A stretch of DNA of 64,000 nucleotides from a bacterium. Lineage in GTDB: Bacteria > Hinthialibacterota > Hinthialibacteria > Hinthialibacterales > Hinthialibacteraceae. The stretch's first letter is position 1; every line of letters begins with the position of its first letter. The translations under genes and the position numbers were made by a program. The notes beneath the pieces are model-generated. The model was given only the letters and a program-made list of their open reading frames with translations, ran no database searches and had not been told where the DNA came from. Of this stretch, positions 52,049 to 60,962 are shown one piece after another. The stretch lies in the NCBI GenBank assembly GCA_963662285.2, contig CAXXMV010000004.1, positions 1-64,000 of the forward strand. Reading direction: 5' to 3'.

Positions 52049-53317
52049 ATGAAAAAGTGTTTTAGAGTACTCAGTATTGGGATGTTATGCATCCTGACGG
52101 CATCAACATCATTTGCTCAGATTGGTATTTTTGAAGCGAATGTGGATGTTGATAATGGAAGTTTAGGCGCCGCAGGAAGCGCATCCTACGATCCCGCTAC
52201 GGATATGTATACAATAACCGGCAGCGGTCAGGATACATGGTCTGACGTTGGCAGCAATTTCCACTTTGTTTACCGTGAATGGACCGGAGATTTCGATTTC
52301 CGAGCTGATGTCACTGTAAGCGGCGGTTTGGAGACGCAAGACTGGATTAAATCCATGCTCATGTGCGCTGAAAGTACAGATGGTTGGTCGAACTATATCA
52401 CAACTAGAGTACGTCGTGACGGTCAATACAGTACTCAATGGCGCACTGGCGGCGAAGCTTCTGATGGCAGCACTGCTAGCGGCTTGCGCGTATCTGGACT
52501 GAATCCAGCCCGTCAACGTCTGGTTCGAATCGGCGATACCTTCTCTACCTATTATATGGGCGAAAATGGTGAGTGGGCGCTAATCGATTCAAATGTAGCA
52601 GTGCTATCTGAGACTGTTCTGGTTGGTATGGGCGTTTGCTCTCATGATTTAGGGGAACTAGCCACAGGAACATTCTCTAAAGTTGCTCTGGGCGCTCCTG
52701 TAGACGGTCTCTTCGACCTGACTATTGATGTCGATAATGGCTCGCTTGGCGCCGAAGGCAGCGTTGCCTATGACGCTGGAACTTACACAATTGAAGGCAG
52801 CGGCCAGGATACATGGTCTGACGTTGGCAGTAATTTCCGTTTTGTCTATAAAGAACTCAGTGGTAATTTCGAACTAACAGCCGATGTTGCAGTTGCAGGC
52901 GGTCTGGAAACGCAAGACTGGATTAAATCCATGCTTATGTGCGCTGAAGGATTAGATGGATGGGCGAACTATATCACAACTAGAGTACGTCGTGACGGTC
53001 AATACAGTACTCAATGGCGCACTGGCGGTCAAGCTTCTGATGGCAGCACGGCTAGTGGTCTACGCGTATCTGGTCTGAATCCAGCCCGTCAACGCCTGAC
53101 CCGCAGCGGTGATACTTTCACCACTTCCTATCTGGATGCTAATGGTGACTGGCAAGTACTCGACATTAATGAAGCCCCATTGCATGATCCTGTATTCGTG
53201 GGATTAGGCGTCTGCTCTCATGATTTAGGCGAACTTGCGGTCGGTACCTTTAGCAATATCGAACTGACTATGTCTGGACCTACTTCAGTAGTTGATAACT
53301 GGGAATTAATGCGGTAA
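52049..53317 (+). CDS. Secreted protein with two tandem ~192-aa ConA/DUF1349-like beta-sandwich domains
   Basis: Signal peptide ending SFA-Q; duplicated GSGQDTW..FHFVY...GVCSHD domain; GGAGG RBS. Confidence 0.75.
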   Translation: MKKCFRVLSIGMLCILTASTSFAQIGIFEANVDVDNGSLGAAGSASYDPATDMYTITGSGQDTWSDVGSNFHFVYREWTGDFDFRADVTVSGGLETQDWIKSMLMCAESTDGWSNYITTRVRRDGQYSTQWRTGGEASDGSTASGLRVSGLNPARQRLVRIGDTFSTYYMGENGEWALIDSNVAVLSETVLVGMGVCSHDLGELATGTFSKVALGAPVDGLFDLTIDVDNGSLGAEGSVAYDAGTYTIEGSGQDTWSDVGSNFRFVYKELSGNFELTADVAVAGGLETQDWIKSMLMCAEGLDGWANYITTRVRRDGQYSTQWRTGGQASDGSTASGLRVSGLNPARQRLTRSGDTFTTSYLDANGDWQVLDINEAPLHDPVFVGLGVCSHDLGELAVGTFSNIELTMSGPTSVVDNWELMR

Positions 53318-53342
53318 TTACATTATTAATCCAGAATTTATA

Positions 53343-53378
53343 AAACGGCCCGGGATCTATCCCAGGGCCGTTTTTTTA
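53343..53378 (+). terminator. Rho-independent terminator
   Basis: AAACGGCCCGGGAT-CT-ATCCCAGGGCCGTTTTTTT. Confidence 0.8.
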
Positions 53379-53512
53379 TCCTGAAAACGGCAGTTAGATA
53401 TTGATGACAATAATAAAGCAAAAATCTTCAGTTTTAGTAAACAACCCCCTCTTGAATTCTTACCCAAACTTGGGGGAGAGGGATTTTGAAGATATAAATA
53501 TTTATATTATTT

Positions 53513-55173
53513 GAGTGTAAATTTAAAGGGTTTTTCAGCAAATATAACAATAAGTGTAACTTACGAATAGAGAAGCTCCTCCAAAAGAGGCAAAATACAT
53601 AAAACATCACCAAATGTCTAAATGTATTCATCTCCAAGGAGGAGCCCAAAATGAAAGCGTATGAGATAGAAAGCAGTATAGCAGAAGGCCGCGAAGAATT
53701 GGAGCATCTCTTCGAGTTTGTCATAAAGAATGCGGAGGAGATGGAAGCCCACGAAATGGAAGAATCGATATTCAAGAAGATCCTCCATATCGGCCGTGCA
53801 GGTTTGAAGGCCTATTTTGCCGAAAAGGGAACGGGGAATGTGGGACAAGAAATCACGCGTGAGGATGGCGTTACGCAAAAGAAGGAATCGGGTTTGCGTT
53901 CGCGAACATACACATCCATATTTGGCGAGGTCGCAGTGCCCCGGACATGTTACCGGACCGCTGGAGAGCCTGGGATTTTCCCGTTGGATGAGCAAGTCAA
54001 TTTTCCGGACCGGCGTTATTCGTATTACTTGCAAGAATGGATGAATCTGCTGAGTATAGATCATCCGTTTGAAGAAGGAGCGAAACGTCTGAGCCGTTTT
54101 TTGGGGATCTCCTTGGTGGAGAGTGTCATGGTGTCGGTGGCTCGGGAGAGCACAGGAGATTACGATGCGTATTACGGGCAAAAGACGCCTCCGGCCCCAA
54201 AGGAGGAAGGGGAGATTCATGTAGTGTCCTTTGATGGAAAAGGAGTGCCGATGATCAAATCGGAAGCGGCCAAAATCCAGGCGAAGTTGGGGAAAGGGGA
54301 GAAAAGACAGAAGAAAAAGGAAGCCCTGGTGGGGGTGAGTTACACGATGGACAGGAAGGAGCGGACGGCGGAGGATTTAGCGGAGAAATTGGTTAATCCG
54401 GGAAGGAATCGAGACCGCCAGCCTCAAAAGGAAACCGATGAGAACGAGCCGAAAGGACGGAACATCCGCCGGATGGCCAGCGTGAAGCGCGCCAAAGCGG
54501 ACATCATGAAAGAGATCAAGAAAGATGCCGAACAGCGGAATCCAGACGGGAGTAAACCGCTGGCGGTGTTATTGGACGGGGCGTTGGGATTATGGAATCT
54601 GGCTACCGGCCTGTTTCGTGGCTGGAAAGGTCAAGTGACGTATATTCTGGATATCATTCACGTTCGGGATTATTTGTGGGGTGCGGCCAATGCGCTTCAC
54701 GAGGAAGGAAGCGAATCGGGGCGCACGTGGGTGCAGGAGAGATTGGAGCAAATCTTGAAGGGAGGCGCCGGGTATGTGATAGGAGGCTTGAAGCAAACGA
54801 TCACCAAACGGGGATTGAAAGGAAATAAGCGCCAAGCGTTAGAAAAAGCAATCACCTATTTTGAACGTCATAAAAAGTGGATGCGATACGATGAATATTT
54901 AGCGATGGGAATGCCGGTGGCGACAGGAGTCGTGGAATCGGCCTGCAGTTCCGTGGTCAAGAAACGGATGGAAGGCGAGGGGAAACGCTGGAGCGTGGAT
55001 GGCGCTGAATCGATCTTACTTTTGCGCTCCTTAGAAAAAAGCAATGATTACAATACCTATTGGTCTTTTCATGCTGAACAAGAGCGAAAACGGTTATACG
55101 AAAATCGCTTTAAGTATGCAATAAATATTCCTTTAGCCGATGCGGCATGATACAACGCAAAAAAGTTACACTC
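53513..55173 (+). mobile_element. ISKra4-family insertion sequence, 1661 bp, 9-bp TSD ATATTATTT
   Basis: Terminal IRs GAGTGTAAATTT / AAAGTTACACTC; ATATTATTT at 53504-53512 and 55174-55182; GC visibly higher than the flanks. Confidence 0.85.
53651..55150 (+). CDS. ISKra4-family (Mutator-like DDE) transposase
   Basis: SFDGKGVP, LLDGA, LDIIHV and MRYDEYLAMGMPVATGVVESAC...RME..GKRWS motifs. Confidence 0.88.
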   Translation: MKAYEIESSIAEGREELEHLFEFVIKNAEEMEAHEMEESIFKKILHIGRAGLKAYFAEKGTGNVGQEITREDGVTQKKESGLRSRTYTSIFGEVAVPRTCYRTAGEPGIFPLDEQVNFPDRRYSYYLQEWMNLLSIDHPFEEGAKRLSRFLGISLVESVMVSVARESTGDYDAYYGQKTPPAPKEEGEIHVVSFDGKGVPMIKSEAAKIQAKLGKGEKRQKKKEALVGVSYTMDRKERTAEDLAEKLVNPGRNRDRQPQKETDENEPKGRNIRRMASVKRAKADIMKEIKKDAEQRNPDGSKPLAVLLDGALGLWNLATGLFRGWKGQVTYILDIIHVRDYLWGAANALHEEGSESGRTWVQERLEQILKGGAGYVIGGLKQTITKRGLKGNKRQALEKAITYFERHKKWMRYDEYLAMGMPVATGVVESACSSVVKKRMEGEGKRWSVDGAESILLLRSLEKSNDYNTYWSFHAEQERKRLYENRFKYAINIPLADAA

Positions 55174-55327
55174 ATATTATTTTGACTTAGTAATACCAAA
55201 TACTGCGATCAAACATTCCTCTCCCAAGACTGGGAGAGGTTAGGAGAGGGTTGATACAAACCACTTCTTCAAGGTAATTGAATACTTAGTAGAAATATAT
55301 GGAATGCGTTGGTAGTTAGAAAACTGG

Positions 55328-56398
55328 TTAAACTTCTTCTTCCGGAGCGAATTCCGGTTTTTTAGGGGTTGGAGTCGCTTGAGCTGATTCTTTTGATTTC
55401 AACTGGCATTCGCGGAATGAGTTTTTCACGTTATCGACCAGGTCTTCGTCAATAGCAATATTGGCCAGCGATAATGCATACAAGGCGGCGCCTACAACCG
55501 CATCCAGTTTGGGAGCGATCACGTTGGCGCCGGGAATGAAATAGTGGATTTTGCGCCGCAGCATTTGGGAGAAATATGAGGTATCGCAGAAAAGCCCTCC
55601 ACTGAGCACCACGTCAGCCCGTTCCGGGAACGATAAACGCTTATGCAATGCGTCGACGCATTTGGCTAAACCATCCGCCTGTCGGTTCAGAATCTCTTCG
55701 GCCAGGGGATCATCTTCGTTGGCGGCTTGTATTACGATTGGAGCAATGGCTGCGATGCGTTCGCGGGTGGCGGAGCTGGAATTGACCCAGCTGATAAAAT
55801 CACCGATGCGCTCAACGCCGGCATAATTGAAAACCTCATCATGGAAATCAGGCTTTTCTTCCATACCGTCGTGATAACGGACTATCATCTTTAAGGCTTC
55901 CAGTCCGATGTGATAACCGCTGCCCTCGTCGGATAGCAGTGGACCGTAGCCGCCGACGCGGCCTTCCATATTTTCTTCGTTGCGTCCATAGACCATAGAA
56001 CCGGTGCCGGCCAGCACAATTATCCCGATTTCGGATAGCGTCCCACCCACCAGCGCGATTTGGGCGTCGCCCATCAGCAGGTAGGATTCCTTGCCGAACA
56101 GATCGTTGAATATTGGTTGCAGGATATCGCGGTCTTGTTGTTGACCGGCGCCCGCCAGACCCAGGCAGACGCCTTTGCACTCTTCCGGCCGGGCGTGAGC
56201 TATACTTAATGCATCATTAAAAAGGCGTTTTATAGTGGATGAAACCTGTCCGGCGCCGATATCGTGATAGTTCAACGACGGTCCTTTGCCGACGTAGACG
56301 ACTTTGCCTTTGTCGGTCATAAGAATGGCGCGGCTATGCGTTCCACCTCCATCAATTCCAAAAACGTAGGGCATAATATTACCTGGATACAATAACAT
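55328..56398 (-). CDS. BadF/BadG/BcrA/BcrD-type N-acetylglucosamine/N-acetylmuramic acid kinase
   Basis: GIDGGGT, LGLAG, LAGTGS and GGYG..LSDEGSGY motifs. True start may be the second Met (MPYVFG). Confidence 0.85.
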   Translation of the reverse strand: MLLYPGNIMPYVFGIDGGGTHSRAILMTDKGKVVYVGKGPSLNYHDIGAGQVSSTIKRLFNDALSIAHARPEECKGVCLGLAGAGQQQDRDILQPIFNDLFGKESYLLMGDAQIALVGGTLSEIGIIVLAGTGSMVYGRNEENMEGRVGGYGPLLSDEGSGYHIGLEALKMIVRYHDGMEEKPDFHDEVFNYAGVERIGDFISWVNSSSATRERIAAIAPIVIQAANEDDPLAEEILNRQADGLAKCVDALHKRLSFPERADVVLSGGLFCDTSYFSQMLRRKIHYFIPGANVIAPKLDAVVGAALYALSLANIAIDEDLVDNVKNSFRECQLKSKESAQATPTPKKPEFAPEEEV

Positions 56399-56427
56399 GA
56401 GCGATTTTGAAAACCGCCCTGGTCTAC

Positions 56428-56841
56428 TTATTTTTGTTCGCGAAGTTTTTTATTCGATGTTTGCAATAGTTGGACTTGCAGTTTTAAATCATTCAACTTT
56501 GCTTCATAATCCTCGCGCAGTTGATCCATCTCTTTTTTATGGTCCGCCCGCAGTTGTTTTATTTCATTATCGTATTTTTGGATAATATTAGAAATTACCG
56601 CACCATCTGACTGCGCAGATTGATTTGCTCTGGTCGGCAGTGGTTTGGGCGTTGGCGTCGATAGAGTAATTATAGATAGATCAAGCCCTTTATCGGTAAG
56701 CGGGCCGACTCCACCCTTGGTCATTATCCACCCTACAATCAACAGAGCAACGACGCTGACCAATCCTAAAGTAAATAGAACGTTTCCCCCGTTGGGGGCG
56801 TCGCGATAATTACTACTCTTTTTTTGGGTCCGCTGGCTCAT
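56428..56841 (-). CDS. Hypothetical single-TM protein with C-terminal coiled coil
   Basis: One hydrophobic helix, a PTPKP linker and a heptad-rich tail; overlaps the upstream gene. Confidence 0.6.
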   Translation of the reverse strand: MSQRTQKKSSNYRDAPNGGNVLFTLGLVSVVALLIVGWIMTKGGVGPLTDKGLDLSIITLSTPTPKPLPTRANQSAQSDGAVISNIIQKYDNEIKQLRADHKKEMDQLREDYEAKLNDLKLQVQLLQTSNKKLREQK

Positions 56842-57190
56842 CCTGATGCGCCTCCAAATCCGATGATGGCTCCTTGGTCAAATCAAATGTAAATGAATGC
56901 CGGTCCGTGACATTTGCGGGGATGACGGTAGTCACGAAATCGAAAGGAAACACCAGATAAGCGGGTGAATCTAGATCAATAAATGCTTCCCGCCTGCCGT
57001 AGTCTGGATGATCAAGGGTAAGTTTATGGGCGCCCAGGTAATCGACTTCAAATTCAACCGGGGTGATCCCTTTGGGCTGGTAGTCATAATGCACCGTCGC
57101 CCCGGGGGGGTTGCTTTCCACCCGAACAACCGACGTATAGCATCCCTCAACCAGTAAGACCAAAATTAAAACCAGGAAATGATGTACCAT
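56813..57190 (-). CDS. PEGA-domain lipoprotein
   Basis: Lipobox-like VEGC; VESNPPGATV..D....GITP PEGA signature; GGAG RBS. Confidence 0.75.
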   Translation of the reverse strand: MVHHFLVLILVLLVEGCYTSVVRVESNPPGATVHYDYQPKGITPVEFEVDYLGAHKLTLDHPDYGRREAFIDLDSPAYLVFPFDFVTTVIPANVTDRHSFTFDLTKEPSSDLEAHQDEPADPKKE

Positions 57191-57401
57191 TCAAATCGTC
57201 TCCGTCGCATTTCGTCTCCATTACAGCCGAGAGGTGAGCGAATGTCAATGGATTTTCTTGACTAAATGACATTTATCCATATTTTTCAGTTACTTCAAGA
57301 TAATAATGATAAACTCGATTAAAAGCCAGAGGTTGATCCAAACAATCTTCAAATCAATAGTAATTGGGTGGTTTTGCGGGAGTGGTTTTGAGATACGTGG
57401 A

Positions 57402-57640
57402 TGATCGCATCAAGGGCTGAGCGCTTTGCGCTCTTGCCCTTGGCGCCCGTCTTTGTGTGGTGGATTTTTATTATATTCGGGTAGTTGTTATCAACCCTCA
57501 CCTAACCTCTCCCAATCTTGGAAGAGGGATGTTGCCCCCATCGTAGGGTGGAATCATCATCGGGCAACCATGAAGGATTGCCCCTACGGGATTCGGGATA
57601 TCCCCCATCGCGTAGGGTGGGTCGGCCGTATCGACCCACC
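57402..57640. repeat. Left composite repeat block (four palindrome families) flanking the NLR-like gene
   Basis: CAAGGG..CCCTTGGCGCCC, CCTCTCCC..GAGGG, GGGCAACC..GCCCCTAC and GTAGGGTGGGTC..GACCCACC; 57487-57596 is directly repeated at 60606-60714. Confidence 0.85.
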
Positions 57641-57684
57641 GAAAAACCACCCAATCGAAACAAAAACCCCTCACCCCAAAGTAA

Positions 57685-60369
57685 TCAATCCCCGCGTTTT
57701 TGGTGGATGGCTTGGGCTTTGGCTTCGTACTCCCGCGCTTCGTCTTCACGTCCGGTTTCTTGTAAGAATATGGCGTAATTCTCGTAATCCATTGCTAAAT
57801 CAGGATGATCATCTGGTAAGGCTTTCTCATCAATCTCAATGGCCCGTAAATAAAGCGGTTCGGCCTGCTCATATTTGCCTTGTGCGCGATAGAGTCCCGC
57901 CAAGTTGTTGAGGTCAGTAGCCAGCCCTGGATGATCTTTACCTAAGGCTTTTTCATCAATCGCAATGGCCCGTAAATAAAGCGGTTCGGCCTGCTCATAT
58001 TTGCCTTGGGCGAGATAGAGATTCGCCAAGTTGTTGAGCTGAGTAGCGAGTTGTGGATGATCGTCATCCAAGGCTTTCTTATCAATCTCAATGGCCCGTA
58101 AATAAAGCGGTTCGGCCTGCTCATATTTGCCTTGGGCGCGATAGAGTCCCGCCAAGTTGTTGAGGCGTATTGCAAGATTGGGATGCTCTGGACCAAGCGT
58201 CTTCTCTCCAATCTCAATGGCCCGTAAATAAAGTGGTTCGGCCTGCTCATATTTGCCTTGTGCGCGATAGAGTCCCGCCAAGTTGTTGAGGTGAGTAGCG
58301 AGTTGCGGATGATCGTCATCCAAGGCTTTCTTATCAATCTCAATGGCTTGTTTATAAAGCGGTTCGGCCTGCTCATATTTGCCTTGGGAGTAATAGAGTA
58401 ACGCCAAGTTGTTGAGGTCAATAGCCAGCCCTGGATGATCTTTTCCTAAGGCTTTTTCATCAATCTCAATGGCCCGTAAATAAAGCGGTTCGGCCTGCTC
58501 ATATTTGCCTTGGTCGCGATAGAGTTCCGCCAAGTTGTTGAGGTATGTTGTAAGATGGGGATGCTCTGGGCCAAGCGTCTTCTCTCCAATCTCAATGGCC
58601 CGTAAATAAAGCGGTTCGGCTTCTGCGTATCGCGCTTGGTCATCCAGATAATATGCGGTTTGGTTGAGCAAATGTGCGGCTTGATTGGACTCAAGGGAAT
58701 ACTCCACTATCCACTTAAACAGGCTCTGGGCGTGGGGGGTGAGGCGTGAGCATTGCGGCCAGTTTTCAAATTCTGGATCAGGATAAACTTTATTCAGCGC
58801 CCTGACGCAATATTCAGCGGTGGCTTTTTGCTTGTCTTTATCCATACCCTGGCGCAGCACCTCTTGCACCAGGCGGTGGATGGAGAAGGTTTTGTTTTTC
58901 GGGTCTCGATCCAACAGAGAAAGGCGGGTTGCGGCGGCGATGCATTTCAGTAATGATTTTTTATCTTGTTGGAGGCCATCGGTGAAAATCTCTTCAGGGA
59001 TATCATCCGGCGCCAGGAAGGCGCACATCTCCAATAACTGAGCCGATTCGGGACTCTTCTTTTGCAACTTATTAAAACAGAGCGAGAAAGTCACCGCCAC
59101 CGAATCGGGATGGGTTGCCTGGGATAGTTCGCCCCGCTGATCGAGGAGGTCTTTGTTCTCTTGGTATTCTTCCAGATAGTCATCCAACCCGTAGGTATTC
59201 TCTTCAATATAAGCCCCCGCCTGATCCAGCGCCAGCGGCAAACCGCCTAAGGTATGGCTGATTGTTTTGGCGAGATTCTGTTGATCATCATCAGCATCCT
59301 GCAGGTTATCCTGTTCAGCGATGATTTTAGAGCGGCGCAAGAGTAGCAAGGCGCCGTCAGCATCATTCATGCAATCCAAAGAGTAATCCTTGAATCTGCC
59401 CGTTGCGTTGCTGCGGGTGGTGATCAATACGCTTCCAGGGCAGGGTGAGGGGATGATTTGCTGGATCGATGTCAGGTCTTCGACATTATCCAGCACCAGC
59501 AGCCAGTTATCGTTTTGCTCTAACCATGATTTTACTTTGAGGAATATCTCCATATCAGAGCCGCTGGCAACTCCCAGTTTGGCGCCGATCAATGCGAAAT
59601 CCTTTAGCAACTCGCCGGGAGTTTCAGACCTCACCCAGAAGACGGCGTTGTAATCATTGCGATTTCTGTAAGCGTATTCGATGGCCGTCTCCGACTTGCC
59701 CACGCCTCCCAGACCTTTGATGGCCTGGGTTATAGCCAGGGAATTGGAGTCTTTGAAACTCTTATGCAAGTTGGTTAGGATATCCTTTCTTCCGGTGAAG
59801 AAGGGGTTGCGTTGGGGGAGGTTTACGGTTAGGGATTGGGGTGTGTTTTCAAAAAGTGGCTTTCGTTCTTTAGGTGGTAAAACTTTGATCTGTTTTGTTT
59901 CAGGTTTTGGCGTTGCAGGTTGATCGGTTAAATGCCGCAATAAATCTTCATATCCTGGTTTATTGGATACGTTATAAAAGGATGAACCATTTAATAACAA
60001 TGGAATAAATTTAATATTATCTTCATCAAAAACAATAGGGATAAATTGATAGTTTTTAGAATGCTGGTTGTATATGCTCTGAGTAATTATTGCGCCTTCA
60101 AAGGCTACGCCGAAACCTTCATCTTCTTTTTCGTCTTCTTGCTCGAAACGATTCATGTATTTTTCAGTGCATACAATTAAAACAAAATCTGAATGCTTTA
60201 TTTGTTTAACCATCCATACCGGCCAACCTTCGGGAGGGGATGTTACATATTTATCAATAAAGCATTCGATCCCATCATCATTGAGTTGATCTGATAGAGA
60301 TAGAACACGTTCTCTATGCTCTTCATTGTCGTGGCTGTAACTAATGAAAACCCGTATAGTTTCGGTCAT
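57685..60369 (-). CDS. SEFIR/TIR - NB-ARC (STAND) - TPR protein (bacterial NLR-like)
   Basis: VFISYSHD...GWPVWM (SEFIR/TIR), FTGR, GLGGVGKS Walker A, LLVLDNVED Walker B, GGLPLAL, IHRLVQ, then seven 42-aa TPR repeats. Confidence 0.9.
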   Translation of the reverse strand: MTETIRVFISYSHDNEEHRERVLSLSDQLNDDGIECFIDKYVTSPPEGWPVWMVKQIKHSDFVLIVCTEKYMNRFEQEDEKEDEGFGVAFEGAIITQSIYNQHSKNYQFIPIVFDEDNIKFIPLLLNGSSFYNVSNKPGYEDLLRHLTDQPATPKPETKQIKVLPPKERKPLFENTPQSLTVNLPQRNPFFTGRKDILTNLHKSFKDSNSLAITQAIKGLGGVGKSETAIEYAYRNRNDYNAVFWVRSETPGELLKDFALIGAKLGVASGSDMEIFLKVKSWLEQNDNWLLVLDNVEDLTSIQQIIPSPCPGSVLITTRSNATGRFKDYSLDCMNDADGALLLLRRSKIIAEQDNLQDADDDQQNLAKTISHTLGGLPLALDQAGAYIEENTYGLDDYLEEYQENKDLLDQRGELSQATHPDSVAVTFSLCFNKLQKKSPESAQLLEMCAFLAPDDIPEEIFTDGLQQDKKSLLKCIAAATRLSLLDRDPKNKTFSIHRLVQEVLRQGMDKDKQKATAEYCVRALNKVYPDPEFENWPQCSRLTPHAQSLFKWIVEYSLESNQAAHLLNQTAYYLDDQARYAEAEPLYLRAIEIGEKTLGPEHPHLTTYLNNLAELYRDQGKYEQAEPLYLRAIEIDEKALGKDHPGLAIDLNNLALLYYSQGKYEQAEPLYKQAIEIDKKALDDDHPQLATHLNNLAGLYRAQGKYEQAEPLYLRAIEIGEKTLGPEHPNLAIRLNNLAGLYRAQGKYEQAEPLYLRAIEIDKKALDDDHPQLATQLNNLANLYLAQGKYEQAEPLYLRAIAIDEKALGKDHPGLATDLNNLAGLYRAQGKYEQAEPLYLRAIEIDEKALPDDHPDLAMDYENYAIFLQETGREDEAREYEAKAQAIHQKRGD

Positions 60370-60560
60370 GATATATCGCCCCGTGGTGATGGAATCGGCA
60401 TTTTATTTGATCATACAGAACGATATGCGCGAAGTGAAGTGATATGTTTTGATTTGATGGTTTGTTTTTTGTCTGAATCTGGATACCCAGGATTGAAGGA
60501 TGAGCAGGATTTTATGAGATTAGGTGGTTAGGTGTACCGTTAACTCTGCAAGATCGTAAG

Positions 60561-60938
60561 TGATCTCATCAAGGGTAGAAAATACACTACCCTTGGCGCC
60601 CATGCGTTATCAACCCTCGCCTAGCCTCTCCCAAGCTTGGGAGAGGGATGTTTCCCCCATCGTCGGGTGGATTTTTATCGGGCAACCATAAAGGATTGCC
60701 CCTACGGGATTCGGAAGCTCACATCAACCGCAGGTGGAATCATCATCGGGCAACCATGAAGGATTGCCCCTACTTTTTATTGTAGGTGGATTTTTGGTGG
60801 GTCGATGAGGCCGACCCACCCTACGCGGCGGTGGATTGTTTTCTTTGGTGGCTTGATCAAGGGCTGAAAATACACTGCCCTTGGCGCCTGGAATATCAAC
60901 ATCCGGCTGGACGCAAGGGGGTTTTGTCCTTGGCGCCC
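60561..60938. repeat. Right composite repeat block flanking the NLR-like gene
   Basis: Same palindrome families in the same order as 57402-57640, plus extra CAAGGG..CCTTGGCGCC copies at ~60857 and ~60913. Confidence 0.85.
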
Positions 60939-60962
60939 AGCCTGTGACTATTAATTGTCGCC

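Noticed and set aside
57426-57911. ORFs 57426-57911, 57498-57749, 57518-57778 and 60724-60978
   Set aside because: They run through repeat blocks or antisense to the TPR gene, with no protein motifs.
57790-58680. Regular DNA repeats as CRISPR or a DGR template/variable pair
   Set aside because: They are in-frame 126-bp coding TPR units, and no cas or reverse transcriptase gene is in the window.
57942-58694. Repetitive alternate-frame ORFs (KANMSRPNRFIYGPLRL)
   Set aside because: Shadow frames of the TPR DNA repeats.
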